NCBI RefSeq assembly: GCF_035084215.1
Contig: NW_027139581.1
Coordinates: 4,216,001-4,280,000, forward strand
DNA from: Heptranchias perlo
Lineage: Eukaryota
Length of the DNA: 64,000 bases
Reading direction: 5' to 3'
The notes under the pieces were generated by a model. That model ran no database searches and was not told the DNA's origin. It was given only the letters and a program-made list of their open reading frames with translations. The stretch's first letter is position 1. Each line of letters begins with the position of its first letter. Below are positions 35,816 through 50,356 of the stretch, in pieces. The translations under genes and the position numbers were made by a program.

Positions 35816-38784
35816 TTCGCCCAAAACTATGAGATGTTTAATGTCCACTCGAACCACCAGAACAGGTCCATAGGATGCCAGTTTAATGGGCTATTCGAGT
35901 AACCGCACCTCCGACTATGCAGCTTTGATAATGTGCGCTCTAAGTTCTAGGTCAGAAAGTTGACATCAGCCCAGAAGCTCTGATGCGGAGAGAAGTGTGG
36001 TAACTACTGATGGTCACACAAAGAGCCAAACTCAAGTTACTTTATTTTTGTCGGTATCATAGAATCTGCCAATTTACAGCAGGGAGGCAGGTCCTGTTTG
36101 GTGCTACTGGCTGTTCACCTGGAATTGTTTACTGCAATCCCATTTTTCTGCCCTTTCCCTATATCATTTTTATAGCCTCCATTTTTAAAAGCCTCTCAAT
36201 TTCTGTGTGGCCATTCCCGTGCCTCCCTAACTGTTTCTCAATGTATTCATGTATCTCCTTTACCCATCACTATTTCTGTGTCCCCTCTGTCTTTCGTTCT
36301 TTCTATCCATCCATTTCTTTCTTTCTGTCTTTCTTTCTTTAATTGGTGTTTTATTCTCGACTCAGTATCCACTCTTGGCAAAGCGTTTTACTTTCTGATT
36401 AACCTTCTTTACCAACAGATTTTTTTCTGTCCCCTGTTCTTCCAGTGATAATCTTCAGCCGATCTCCCCTTTCAGTGAATGTGTTAAAACCAAGTTCATA
36501 TTTTATTCTTTAAACTGAAATGGAGGTAAATACAGTTTTGAACTATAATGGAGATATTCCAGTTATTGAGCTTTTCGGGTCAGCCCGCCCACAGAGACAG
36601 GAAGTCTGTTCAGGTTGAAAACATAAAACTGCTGCCTTTGATTTCATTCTCAGTCAACACACTTCCTGTTTTTCTGCTGCCTGCTCGAAACCACACATCT
36701 CACTTCTGAGCAAAAAATAAATACAGGAGCCATAATCTGATGGCAACATCTTACAGCGCAGTCTAAATATGGCCGCAGGGTCGGTGCAGAAGGACAGAGA
36801 TAAGCATTGCGGTGATATTTGCAAATGAGCCTTTCTCTGTTCGAGTCTCCATTGAGGACATGACTGGCGGTATCTTTGGAAACAGTCACTCAGCTTCCTC
36901 TGGTATCTGAAGCAGTGACCTGATGGTTCGCTGCCTTTCATTTCATGTCTTTCTCTCCATTACTTATTTCTCTATTCCTCAGCTTTTTTCCCTCTCGCTC
37001 CCTCCTGACTCTTTCTATTTTTAAGTCCCTTTCTCCCTCTTTTTCTCTTTCTTAGTTTTTCTTTCTGTTTGTCCCTCGTTCTCCCTGTATTTCTCTCCAT
37101 CTCAGTGTATCGATTCCTTTGTCTCCCGATCTGTTTCTCTCTGTATTTATATCTCGCCTTGTCCCATCACCATTTCTGTGTCTACCTCTGTCTTTCATTA
37201 TTTCTCTCTCTCTCTGTTTCTGTCACTATTTCTTTCTTTCTTTCTTGTATCTTTTTGCCTCTGTCGTTTTTTTTCTATCCTTCTCTCCCTACCGCTCTCA
37301 GTATCTCTCTATCCTTGTCGCTGTATAATAAACTGAGGCCCGTCTGCCCTCTCAAGTGGACATAAAGATTTCCGCGGCAGGTTTAGGGAGGTTCTTTCAC
37401 TGTCCTTTCCAACAGATACAAAAAGTAATCACAAAGGTTATTGGAAAGTTGGCTTTTATCCAAAGGGGACTGGAATTCAAGGGGGTGGATGTTATGTTAC
37501 AGCTGTACAGAGCTCAGGTTATACCCCATCGGTGGTACTGCATTCAGATCTGGGCACTGCAACTCAGGAAGGATATATTGGCCTTGGAGCGGGTGCAGCG
37601 CAGATTCACCAGAATGATACTTTTTCCCATTCCTGGGATGTGGGCATTTATTGCCCATCGCCAGTGGGTGGGGGCGGGGGGTCTTCTTCTTGAAACGCTG
37701 CAGTCCTATTCGTTCTCGCGGTCTGATACAACTAAGTGGCTCGCTCGGCCACTTGACAAGGCAGTTAAGTGTCCACCAGGTTGCTGTGGGATTGGAGTTG
37801 CATTTGGCCAGACAGGGAATGGGCGGCAGATTCCCTTCCCTAAAGGACATTAGGGAACCAGTTGGGTTTTTAAAACAATCCGATTGCTTCATGGTTACTT
37901 TTACTGAGATCAGATTTTCATTTAGTGTTTAAACAACTGAATTCAAATTCTCAATCTTTCATATTTGAACTCATGTTCTCTGAATTAATCGTCCAGGCCT
38001 CTGTATTACTGGTCAAGGAACATAATCACTACACTACCGGTGCCCCTAATTATTACACTGCACCCTCTTTCTGCTGTTGTAACACAACCATGCCTTCATT
38101 ATTGTTGTTATTTTAATTATTATTATTATTATTCGAATAGATTCTGTCTCTCCTTCATTACACTGGACCCTGGCCTCTGTTATTATTATTATATCAAAAC
38201 CCTCTGCCCTTGTATTTCAGTGGTTCTTTGTTGTTGTAACAGTAAACCCTCCCTCTGCTCTGATTACACTAGACCCTGTTCTGCTTTGTTACACTAGACC
38301 CTGGGGTAGATTTTAGTTGTCATGGCCTGGAACTAAAGTCAGGCGGGGTCTGTAAAGGCCGTGCGATCCATTCAGCAGATTAGCTCCCAGGTAGTGATGA
38401 CGGAATTCTTCCCCAATCTCTGCTATCGTTACACTAAACATCCTGTCTGTTAAACCAGAGGATGAGTTTGTGAATTTTATTGGAGAACAATGCATCTGTT
38501 ATTGTTACTGTCGACAATTCTTACACCAGACCTCCCTTTGTTGTGGTTACACTAAAAACCCTGGGAGTAATTTTCACCTTCATCGCCTGGATAGTAATTA
38601 ATTTCCTGTGAACAAACACCATAATCTGTTTAATCTCTATTCATATTACACTAAGCTCTGCCTCAATTATTAATGCACGAGACCATGTCTCTGTTTATAC
38701 TGCACCATGCCCTGCCTCAGATATTACTGCACTCGACCCGGTGTCTTTTTATATTACACTGCACCCTGTCTCAGTTATTACTGC

Positions 38785-39750
38785 CCAACCATCTTCAGCA
38801 ACTTCATCAATGACCTTCCCTCCATCGCAAGGTCAGAAATGAGGATATTCGCTGATGATTGCACAGTGTTCAGTTCCATTCGCAACCCCTCAGATAATGA
38901 AGCACTCCTTGGCTGCATGCAGCAAGACCTGGACAACATCCAGGCTTGGGCTGATAACTGGCAATTAGCATTCGCGCCAGACAAGTGTCAGGCAATGATC
39001 ATCTCCAACAAGAGAGAGTCTAACCGCATCCGCTTGACATTCAATGACATTACCATTCGGTGGCCGAATCCCCCACCATCAACATCCTGGGGGTCACCAT
39101 TGACTAGAAACTTAACTGGACCAGCCACAAAAATACTGTGGCTACAAGAGCAGGTCAGAGGCTGGGTATTCTGCGGCGAGTGACTCAACTCCTGACTCCC
39201 CAAAGCCTTTCCACCATCTACAAGGCACAAGTCAGGAGTATGATGGAATACTCTCCACTTGCCTGGATGAGTGCAGCTCGAACAACATTCAAGAAGACCG
39301 ACACCATCAAGGACAAAGCAGCCCGCTTGATTGGCACCTCATCCACCTCCCTAAACATTCACTCCCTTCACCACCGGCGCACAGTGGCTGCAGTGTGTAC
39401 CATCCACAGGATGCACTGCAGCAACTCGCTAAGACTTCTTCGACAGCACCTCCCAAACCCACGACCACGATCACCAAGAAGGACAAGGGCAGCAGGCACA
39501 TGGGAACCAAACCACCTGCACGTTCCCCTTCAAGTCACACACCATCCCGACTTGGAAATATATCGCCGTTCCTTCATCGTCGCTGGGTCAAAATCCTGGA
39601 ACTCCCTTCTTAACAGCACTGTGGGAGAACCTTCACCACACGGACTGCAACGGTTGAAGAAGGCAGCTCACCTCCACCTTCTCAAGGGCAGTAAGGGATG
39701 GGCAATAAATGCTGGCCGAGCCAGCGAAGCCCGCATCCCATGAACGAATT
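38785..39750 (+). mobile_element. 5'-truncated non-LTR retroelement, second family (CR1/L2 superclade)
   Basis: FINDLPS...IFADDCTVF...QQDLDNIQAWADNW...YKAQVRSMMEYS. Confidence 0.88.
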
Positions 39751-39844
39751 AAAGGAAAGACAAGGTGTCTGTTTATATTACACTGCACCCTGCCTCATTT
39801 ATTATTGCACTAGACCCTGTTTCTCTTTATATTACACCAGCCCA

Positions 39845-40905
39845 TGTATCATAGTATCATAGTACCATAGTAAGTCCAGCAAAGGACGCCATTCGGCCCA
39901 TTGTGCCTGCGCCGGCTCTTTGAAAGAGCTATCCAATTGGTCCCATTTCCCAGCTCTTTCGACATAGCCCAGTAATTTATTTCCCTTCAATTATTTATCC
40001 AATTCCCTTTTGAAAGTTATGATTCAATCTACTTCCACCACCCTTTCAGGCAGCGCATTCCAGATATGTAACAACTCGCTGCGTCAAAAAATGATTCCTC
40101 ATGTCGCTTCTGGCTCTTCTACTGATCACCTTAAATCTGTATCCTCTGGTTACGGACCTTTCTGCCATTGGAAACAGTTTCTCCTTATTTACTCTATCAG
40201 AACCGTTCATGATTTTGAACAAATCTATCAAATCTCTCCTTAACCTTCTCTCTTATAAGGAGAACAACCCCAGCTTCTTCAATCTCTCCACATAACTGAA
40301 GTCCCTCACCCCTGGCACCATTCTAGTAAATCTCTTCTGAACCCTCTCTAAGACTTTGACATCCTTCCTTAAGTGTGGTGCCAAGAATTGAACGCAATAC
40401 TCCAGCTGCGGCTTAACCAGTGTTTTATAAAGGTTTCGCATAACTTTCTTCTTTTTGTACTCTCAGCCTCGATTAAAAAAGCCCAGGGCCCCACATGCTT
40501 TTAAAAAGCCTTTTCAACTTGTTCTGCCACCTTCGAAGATTTGTGTGCATACACCCTCGGTTTTGTCTGTTCATGTACCCCCTTTTAAATTGTACCATTT
40601 CGTTCATATTTCCTCTCCTCATTCTGCCTACCAACATGGGCAATTGGGGATTGGCAATAAATGCTGGCCTCGCCAGCGACGCCCACATCCCGTGAACGAA
40701 TAAAAAATAATGTGTCACACCACGCTTCTCTACGTTAAATTTCATCTGCCATGTGTCTGCCCATTTCACCAGTGTGTCCATGTCCTCCTGAAGTCTGTTA
40801 CTATCCTCCACATTGTTTACGACATTTCCGAGTTTCGTGACATCTGCAAACTTTGAAATTATACCATCTGTACCCAAGCCCAGGTCATTAATATATAACA
40901 AAAAG
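39845..40905 (-). mobile_element. CR1 3' portion with a small nested LINE tail
   Basis: YINDL...SKFAD...LEYCVQF; tail of the second family at about 40630-40705. Confidence 0.88.
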
Positions 40906-41614
40906 TTGTTTGATGCCTCAGTTATTAATGCAATAGACCATGTCGCTGTTTATACAACACTAGACGATATCTCAGTTATTACTGCATTAGACCATGTCAC
41001 TTTTTAAATTACATTAGGCACTGTCTCAGTTATTGCTGCACGAGGCCTTGTCTCAATTCATGATACATTACCCCCTGTCTCAGTTATTACAGCACAAGAT
41101 CATGTCTCTGGTTTATATTATGCTGGACCCACTCTCAATTATTACTTCACTGGACATACGTCTCAGTTATTGCTTCAGTAGACCACGGCTCAGTGAATAC
41201 TCCACCAGGCCATGACTCTCTTTGTATTCCACTCGGCTCTGCCTCAGTTATTACTGCACGAGACCATGTTCTGTTGACAATACACGAAATCTTGGCTCAG
41301 TTTTTACTGCACTCATCCACGTCTCTGTTTATATTACACTGGACCATGCCTTCGTTATTACTGCAATAAACCATGTCTCATTTTTATAATGCACCTGACG
41401 ATGTCTCAGTTATTACTGCAATAAACCATGTGTCATTTCATATCACACTGGATCCTGTCTCAGTTATTACGGCACTAGACCATGTCTCTGCTTGAATTAC
41501 ATTAGGCCCTCTCCCAGTTATTCCTGCACTAGGCCAGGTATCTGGTTATATTACACGAAACCATGTCTCTGTTTACATTATACTAGGCCCTCGCTCATTT
41601 ATTTCTGCACTAGT

Positions 41615-44597
41615 ACATGGCTCGGGTAAGAAAAAATGGTAATGAGACAAATATGGCTAGAGTACAAACAAATGTTAAGATGTCTAAAAATGCGAGAAAG
41701 ACCAATTTAAAGGCACTGAATCTGATTGCACGAAGCATTCGTAATAAGGTAGACGAATTAACACCGCAAATAGATGTAAACGGATATGATATAATTGAAA
41801 TTACAGAGACATGGCTTCAGGGTGACCAAGGCTGTGAGCTGAATATCCAAGCATATTCAATATTTAGGAAGGACAGGCAAACATGAAAAGGAGGTGGGGT
41901 GGCGTTGTCAGTAAAGGATGAAATCAGAGCAAAAGTGAGAAAGGATATTGGCTCAGAAAATCAAGATGTAGAATTAGTCTGGGTAGAGTTAAGAAGCATC
42001 AAGGGGCAAAAAACACTGGTGGGAGTTGTCTATCGGCCTCCAAACAGTAATGGTGATGTAGGGGATGGCATCAAACAGGAAATTAGAGGTGCATGTAACA
42101 AGGGTACTAGAGTAATCATGGGTGACTTTATTCTCAATATAGACTGGCCAAACCAAATTAGCAATAATACTGTGGAGGATGAATTCCTGGAGTGTGTACG
42201 AGATGGTTTCTTAGACCAGTACGTTGAGGAACCAACCAGGAAACAGGTTATCCGAGATTGGGTATTGCGCAATGAGAAGGGATTAATTAATAATCTTGTT
42301 GTGCAGGGTCCTTTAGGGAAGAGTGTTCATAACATGATAGAATTCTTCATTTAGATGCAAAGTGAAGCAGTCCAATCAGAAACTAGGGTCCTAAATCTAA
42401 ACAAAGGAAACCACGATTTTATGAGGAGTGAGTTGGCTGTGATAAATTGGGAAGTTTCATTAAAAGGCATGACGGTGGATAGACAATGGCTAACGTTTAA
42501 GGAACGAATACATGAATTGCAACAATTATACAATCCTTCCTGGCGAAAAAACACAAAACGAAAAGCGGCACAACCATGGCTAACAAAAGAAATTAAGAAT
42601 AATATCATTAAAATTAGTATCCATATAATGTTGCAAGAAAAAGTAGCAAGACTCAGGATTGGGAGCAGTTTAGAATTCAGCAAAAAATGATTGAGAGATT
42701 GATTAAGAGGGGAGCAATAGAGTATGAGAGTAAACTTGCAAGGAACATCAAAGTGGACTGTAAAAGCTTCTGCAAGTATGTAAAAAGAAAAAGATTAGTG
42801 AAGACAAATATAGGTCCCTTACAGTCAGAAGCGGGATTATTTATAATGGGGAACAAGGAAACGGCAGAGCAATTAAACAAATACTTTGGTTCTGTCTTCA
42901 CGGAAGAGGACACAAATAACTACCCAGAAATGCTCGGGAACTAAGGGACTAGTGAGAAGAAGGAATTGAAGGAAATTAGAATTGGTAAGAAAATATTGCT
43001 GGAGAAATTACTGGGACTGAAAGCCGATAAATCCCCAGGGCCTGATAATCTTCAACCCAGAGTACGAAAAGAGGTGGCCATGGAAATAGTGGATGCATTA
43101 GTTGTCATCTTCTAAAATCTTAGAGATTATTATCAGTTCCTGCTGATTGGAGGGTTGCAAATATAACCCCACTATTTAAAACAGGATGGATAGAGAATAT
43201 AGGGAACGACAGACCGGTAAGCCTAACATCAGTAGTAGGGAAAATGCTAGAGTCTATTATAAAGGTTGTGATAACAGGACACTTAGAAAATGTCAACAGG
43301 ATTAGGCAAAGTCAACATGGATTTATGAAAAGGAAATCGTGTTTTGCAAACCTACTGGAGTATTTTTGAGGATGTAACTCGTAGAATAGTTAAGGGAGAA
43401 CCAGTGGATGTGGTACATTTGGATTTTCAGAAGGCCTTTGATAAAATCCCACATAAGCGAAGAGTGTGCAAAATTGAAGAACATGGGATTGGTGGTAATA
43501 TACTGGCATGGATTGAAAATTGGTTGAGAGGAAACACAGAGTAACAATAAATGGGTCTATTTCGGGGTGTAGGTAGTGACTAGTGAGGTACAACAGGGAC
43601 CAGTGCTTGGGCCCCAGCTATTCACAATATATATCAATGATTTGGATGAGGGAACCAAATGTAATATTTCCAATTTTGCTGACGACACAAAACTGGGTGA
43701 GATCGTGAGTTGTGAGGTGGATGCAAAGAGGCTTCCAGGCGATTTAGACAAGTTGAGTGAGTGGGCAAATGCAGTATAATGTGGATAAACGTGAAGTTAT
43801 CCACTTCGGAAGGAAAAACAGAAAGGCAGAGAATTATTTAAATGGTGATAGATTGGGAAATGTTGGTGTACAAAGGGACCTGGTTTTTTTGGTACACCAT
43901 TCACTGAAAGCTAACATGCAGGTGCAGCAAGCAGTTCGGAAGACAAATGGTATGTTGGCCTTCATTGCAAGAGGTTTTGAGTACAGGAGCAAGGATGTCT
44001 TACTGCAGTTATACAGGGCCTTGGTGAGACCACACTTGGAGTATTGTGTGCAGTTTTGGTCTCCTCACCTAAGAAAGGGTATACTTGCCATAGAGGGAGT
44101 GCAGCGAAGGTTATCCAGACTGATTCCTGGTATGGCAGGACTGTCGTGTGAGGAAAGATTGGGTCGACTGAGCCTGCATTCACTCGAGTTTAGATGAATG
44201 AGAGGGGATCTAGTTGAAACGTAGAAAATTCTGACAGGGCTAGATAGTCTGAATGCAAGGAGGATGTTTCCCCTTGCTGGGGTGTCCAGAACGAGCGGTC
44301 AGAGCCTCAGGATACGAGATAGGACATTTCGGACTGAGATGAGGCGAACTTTCTTCACTCAAAGCGTGGTGAACCTGTGGAATTCTCGACCTAATAAGGC
44401 TGTGGAGGCCAAATCCCTGAATATATTTAAGAAGGAGCTAGATTGATTTTCAGACATAAAAGGCATCAACTGGTATGGAGAAAGAGCGGGAAAATTGTAT
44501 TGAGTTAGATAATCAGCCATGATCATATTGAATAGTGCGGCAGGCTCGAAGGGCCGAATGGCCGATACCTACTCCTATTTTCTATGTTTCTATGTTT
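41615..44597 (+). mobile_element. CR1 LINE with near-complete but disrupted ORF2 (APE+RT)
   Basis: ARSIRNK...[31 protein letters not shown] and C-terminus; several stops and frameshifts. Confidence 0.93.
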
Positions 44598-46639
44598 TTA
44601 TGCCTCTGTTATACTACACTAGACCATGTCACTGTATATAATACACTAGGTCCCCTCTCATTTATCACTACACTCGACCATGTCTCTGTTTATATTATAC
44701 TAGGCCCTCGCAAGTTACTTCTACACTAGAACATGTTTTTGATATACTACACTGGACCATGTCACGATATATATTACACTAGGTCCCCTCTCATTTATCA
44801 CTGCACTGGACCAAGTCTCTGTTTATATTACACTAAGCCCTGTCTCAGTTACTTCTGCACTCGGCCAAGTATATGTTTATATTACACTCGGCCCTCGCTC
44901 AGTTATTTCTGCACTGGAACATGCCTCTGTTATACTGCACTAGACCATGTCACTGTATATATTACACGAGGTCCTCTCTCAGTTATTACTGCACTAGACC
45001 ATCTTTCAGTTATTACTGCACTTCACTATGTCTCTGTTTACATTGCACTCGGCCCTGTCTCCGTTATTGCTGCACGAGGCTGTATCTCAGTTTATATTAC
45101 ACGAGACACTGTCTCAGTTCTTACTACACAAGACCATGTCACTGCATTTGTTACACTGGACGATGTCTCAGTTATTACTGCAACAGACCATGTCTCTCTT
45201 TACATTACACTAGACCAATTCTCTGTTTACATTACACGAGAACATGCCTCTCTTTATATTGCACTAGACCCTCTCTGAGTTAGTATTAAATTAGACCATG
45301 CCTCTGTTTATATTACACCAGAACATGTCTCTGTTTATGTTATACTAGACCCTGTCTCATTTATTACTGCATTAGACTATGTCTCCGTTTCTAATACTCG
45401 AGACCATAATCTTAGTTATTACTGTACTGGACCATGTTCCTTGTTATGTTACACTGGTCTCTGTCTCAGATATTACTGCACTAGTCCATATCTGTTTATA
45501 CTGTACTAGATTATGTCTTCGTTTCTAATGCTCTAGAGCACGTCCCTCGTTGTGTTACACTCAGCAATGTCTCAGTTATTACTGCACTAGTCCATGCCTC
45601 TGTTAATAGTACACTATAGCCTGACTCATTTATTGCTGCACCAGACCATGTCTTTGTTTATATTGCACTAGACCATGTCTCTGCTTATGTTACACTGTGC
45701 CCTCCCTCAGTTATTACTGTACTACAACATGTCACTGTATAATTTACCCAAAACCATGTCTCAGTTATTATTGCATTAGACCATGTCTCTCTTTAAATTA
45801 CACTAGACCCTGTCTCATTTAATACTGCACTGGACCATGTCTCTGCTTATATTACTCTAGAGCCTGCCTCAGTTAGCACTGCTATTAGACCATGCCTCTG
45901 TTTATGTTACACTTGACCATGTTTGAATTATAACTGCACTGGAAAATGTCACTGTATTTCTTACCCAAAACCCTTTCTCGGTTATTACTGCATTAGACCA
46001 TGTCTCTTGTTATATTGCACGAGGCCCTCTCTCAGTTATTACTGCACTAGTCCATGTCTCTGGCTATTTTACACCAGATTCTGTCTCAGTTATTACTGCA
46101 GTAAGCTATGTAACTGTTTGCATTACACTAGACCCTGTTTCAGTTATTACTTCAATAGTGCATGTCACTGATTAAGTTATTCTGGACCATGCCTCTGTTA
46201 TTACTGCACCAGATCCTGTGCCTTTTATTCACACTGTAGACCCTGTGTTTATTATTACATTATGCATTATCTCCATCACTGATACATTTGGCAATACCTC
46301 TGTTAGTATCACCGCACATATCTGTTAGTATTGCACTGGTATCTGGCTCCTTTATTATTACCCTAGACACTGCCTCTGTTAGTGTTATACCAGATCTTGT
46401 TTCTGTTATGATTTCACGAGAGATTGCCTAATGTCATTATTACACTGGACACTGCCGAATGTCATTATTACACTAGACACTGCCTCTGTTGGTGTTACAC
46501 CAGGCCCTGTTTCTGTTATGATTGCACTAGAGACTGTCCAATGTCATTACTACATTCCCCCGTTTGTCCTTACTCTAATCAGGCAATATTATGATCTCAT
46601 GCCATTAACCGTCCAGATAAATTTACAGGAATTATATTC

Positions 46640-47010
46640 GGAACATAGGAACAGGAGGAGGCCATTCAGCCCCTCGAGCTGGCTCTGCTTTCAATTAAAT
46701 CATGGTTGATTTTCACCTCACCTCCATTTCCCCACCTTTGCTCCACATCCCCTGATACCCTTACCCAACAAAAATCTATCGATCTCAGTCCTGAAAGTTC
46801 CAATTGTCCCAGAAATCACAGCCTTTCGGGGAGAGAATTCCAGATTTTAATTACCCTTTGTGTGAAAACGTGCTTCCTGATTTCAGACCCGAACGGCCGA
46901 GCTTTAATTTTAAGATTATGTCTCCATATTATTGATTTCCCCACCAGAGGAAACAGGTTCTCCGTATCTACACTATTAAATCGTTTTAACATTTTGAACA
47001 CTTCGTTCAG
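46640..47010 (-). mobile_element. CR1 3' end
   Basis: LFPLVG...HNLKIKARPF...FTQRV..WNSLP. Confidence 0.85.
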
Positions 47011-47444
47011 TTCATTACTGTATGTATCTGTTATAAGTTCAATGTGATTGAATTGAACAGATTATTTTTAACCAGCGCTCAAACTCTGCACTGAGGCCAA
47101 CAACCCGTGCTGAAGACTGTTTTAAGTTTGGAGTCACACCTTTGTATTGCATGTTATTGCAGTACTGGAATTGATGTCTCATTTCCTGATCCAGTCCATG
47201 TCCCAGAGTAATATTTGATTCACCGCACTCATCTACACATAGTTCGTTTGAGTGTGGCAGAAGTGAGGCATTCTCCACCTGCAAGTAAAAAACTGCATGG
47301 ATCTTTCGGCTTCATTGTTTGCTGGCACCTGGTGGGCACGATTGGCATTTACACCAATTGATAATATGAGCTTGGAAATGTCATTTCTATTACTGGCTGC
47401 TAAGAAGGAATATGCATTTGTGCGCCATCTTATCACGTCTTCCG

Positions 47445-49845
47445 AAGGAGGAGAGGCAATATAAACGAAATGGTTCAATATTAAAGGGAGTGCAAGAACA
47501 GAGAGACCGGGGGATTCACATACATCTTTGAAGGTGGCAGGACAAGTTGATAAGGCTATTAAAAAAACATGGAAGTATGGAAACATTTAGGACACAGAAG
47601 GAGGCCATTTGGCCTACCATGGCAGTGCAGGCCGAAAAAGAGCTACTCAGGCTAAGACCACTTCCCAGCACTTGATCCGTAGCCTTGTAGATTCTGACAC
47701 TTCAGGTGAATATCCCAGAATTTTTAAAACTGTGATGAGGGTTTCTGCCTCCATCATCCTTTCAGATACTGAGTTCTAGACGCCTACCACTCTCTGGCTG
47801 ACAAAAAAATTCCTCAGCTACCGTCTAATCCTTCTACCAATGACTTTAAATCTATAACCTCTGGTTATTGACCTCTCTGCTAAAGTAAATAGGTCCTTCC
47901 TATCCACTCTATCTGGGCCCCTCTTATTTTATACACCACAACTTAATCACCCCTCAGTCTCCTCTGTTCCAAAGAAAACAACTGCTGCCTGTCCAATCTT
48001 ACCTCACAGCTAAAATTCAACAGTCCTGGCAACATCCTTTTAAATGTCCTCTGCACCCTCTCTAGTGCAATTACATCTTTCCTGTAATGTGGTGAACAGA
48101 ATTGTACGCAGTACTCAAGCTATGGACAAATTAGTGTTTTATAAAGTTCCAGCATAACCTACCTGCTCTTATATTCTATACCTCGGCTAATAAAGGAAAG
48201 TATCCTGTATATCTTTTTAACCACCTTATCCACATGCACTGCTGCCATCAGGGATCTGTGTACATACACTCCAAGGTCCCTCTCTTTCACTACATCTCTC
48301 AGTATCCTCCCATTTATTGTGTATTCCCTTGCGTTGATGGTCCTCCCGAAATGCATTACCTCACACTTCTCCGGATTGAGTTCCATTTGTCACTGTTCTG
48401 CCCACCTGACCAGTCCATTGATACTTTCCTGCCGTCGACAGCTTTCCACCTCACAAGCAAACACACGGCCAATTTTTGTATCATTTGCAAACTTCTTCGT
48501 CATGCCCCCTACTTTTAATTCTAAATCATTAATATATACCACAAAAAAGCAAAGGACCTTGTACTGAGCCATGCAGAACCCCACTGGAAACAGCCATCCA
48601 GTCATTAAAATACCCGTTGACTAATGCCCTTTGCATCCTGCCACTAAGCTAATTTTGGACCCAACTTTCCACGTTCCCTTGGATTCCATGAGCTTTTAAT
48701 TTTTTGACCACTCTGCCATGTGAATCTTTGTCAAAAGCCTTGCTAAAATCCACGTGGACCACATCAAACGCACTACCCTCATTGACCCTCCTTGTTACCT
48801 CCTGAAAAAGTTCAATCAAACTAGTTAGACACGACCTTCCCTTAACAAACCCATGCTGACTGTCCTTGATTAATCCGTGCCTTTCTAAATGATGGTTCAT
48901 CCTGTCCCTCAGAAATGATTCCAATAATTTGCCCACCACCGAGTTTAAGCTGACTGGCCTGTGATTACTCGGTCTATCCCTTTCTCCATTTTTAAACAAC
49001 GGTACAACGTTAGTAGTCCTCCACTCCTCGGGCACCACTCCTGTAGCCAGAGAGGATTGGAAAATAATGGTCAGAGCCTCCGTTATTTCGTCCCTTTCTT
49101 CTTTTAACAGCCTGGGATATATTTCATCCGGGCCTGGCGATTTATCTACTTTCAAAGGTGTTAAACCCATTAATACTTCCTCTCTCACTATGCTTATCCC
49201 ATACGGGATTGTGGCTTTATAAATAGTGGCAAAGTGGACAAAAGCAAAGAAGATATCCTCAACCTTATAAAGCACTGGTTACAGCTTAACTACAGTATGG
49301 TGTCCAATTCTGGGCACCACGATTTAGGATGCATGTCAAGGCCTTAGTGAGGGTTTCAGGGGAGGTTTGCCAGATTGAGACCGGGGAAGATGGACTTCAG
49401 CTATGTGGAGAGATTAGAGTAGGAGGGACTGTTCTCCTCGGAGCAGAGAATGTTAAGGGGAGATTTAATAGAGATGTTTAAAATTATGAGGCGATGTCAT
49501 AGAGTAGAAAGTGAGGAACTGTTTCCACTGTCAGGAGGGTCTGTAACCAGAGGACACATATATGAAATAATTGGCAATGAACCAAGAGGGAGATGAGGAG
49601 AGTTGTTTTTACGCAGTGAGTGATTATGATCTGGAATGCACTGCCTGAAAGGGTGGTGGAAGCAGATTCAATAGTAACTTTCAAAAGGAAATTGGATAAA
49701 TACTTGAAAAGGAAAAAGTGCAGAGCTCTGGGGAAAGAGCAAGGGAGTGGGATTTATTGGATAGCTCTTTCACAGAGCCAGCATCGGCACGATGGGCAGA
49801 AAGGCCTCCTTTTGTGCTGTATGTTTCTCTGATTCTGTCATTCTA
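47445..49845. mobile_element. Nested CR1s: + strand copy (47445-47575, 49200-49845) interrupted by a - strand copy (47580-49200)
   Basis: RT motifs on the minus strand (KSPGPD, QHGFVKGRSCLT, DFSKAFD); the host sequence resumes at about 49200. Confidence 0.85.
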
Positions 49846-50356
49846 TGAACTCACACAAACTAGCAATGATGTGTTTATTTGACATACTGCTCCCAGCTGT
49901 TTTATCATTACACAAGTTAGCCCCTTGTCACAGTGTCCAATCTCTAATCTCACAAACAGACACTTCCAAAGATCGATTTCGAAACTTTTAAATGTAATTG
50001 ATATTAAGTCCTCGTTAGTTTCCGCCTGCTGTTTGAATCCATATCCCCTTCAAAGTGGATTGAGTGGTGATAATATTGATGATAATAATAAATGTGCAGT
50101 GAACTGTTCCTTATGTGTTCAGAGACACGCGCTTCTGTACAGTTACGTTTTACAAAGATCTTTATCACCATCTTCTGATGAAGGAACCACACTACATGTA
50201 CTAGAGTAATTTTCTGAATTTTATTTATTATTGCCCATGCAAGAATTGGCATTCATAAAGCGTCCATCAAATAATAGAACGTCTCACAGCGATTAACAGG
50301 AGCAGGGCAATGGAAGAAAATGATGAATGGTGAGGAACAAAAGGAATCTCGAAGAA

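Larger units (their letters stand above)
38040..46555. repeat. Degenerate 27-bp (54-bp dimer) satellite in four blocks (38040-38785, 39765-39845, 40910-41615, 44600-46555) split by LINE insertions
   Basis: Alternating TGTCTCAGTTATTACTGCACTAGACCA / TGTCTCTGTTTATATTACACTAGACCC units. Confidence 0.88.

Noticed and set aside
36650-36941. Second V pseudogene (TVSKDTAS...CAVR)
   Set aside because: No FR2 Trp motif, wrong spacing between motifs, and no heptamer 12 or 23 nt from the nearby nonamer-like sequence.
44733-46171. Cys/Tyr-rich keratin-associated-like ORFs
   Set aside because: Products of the 27-bp satellite; fragmented, with no gene structure.
47039-47440. Possible unique exon (acceptor-like ttttacttgcag, 81-aa ORF)
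   Set aside because: No recognisable domain or partner exons; cannot be supported without a database search.
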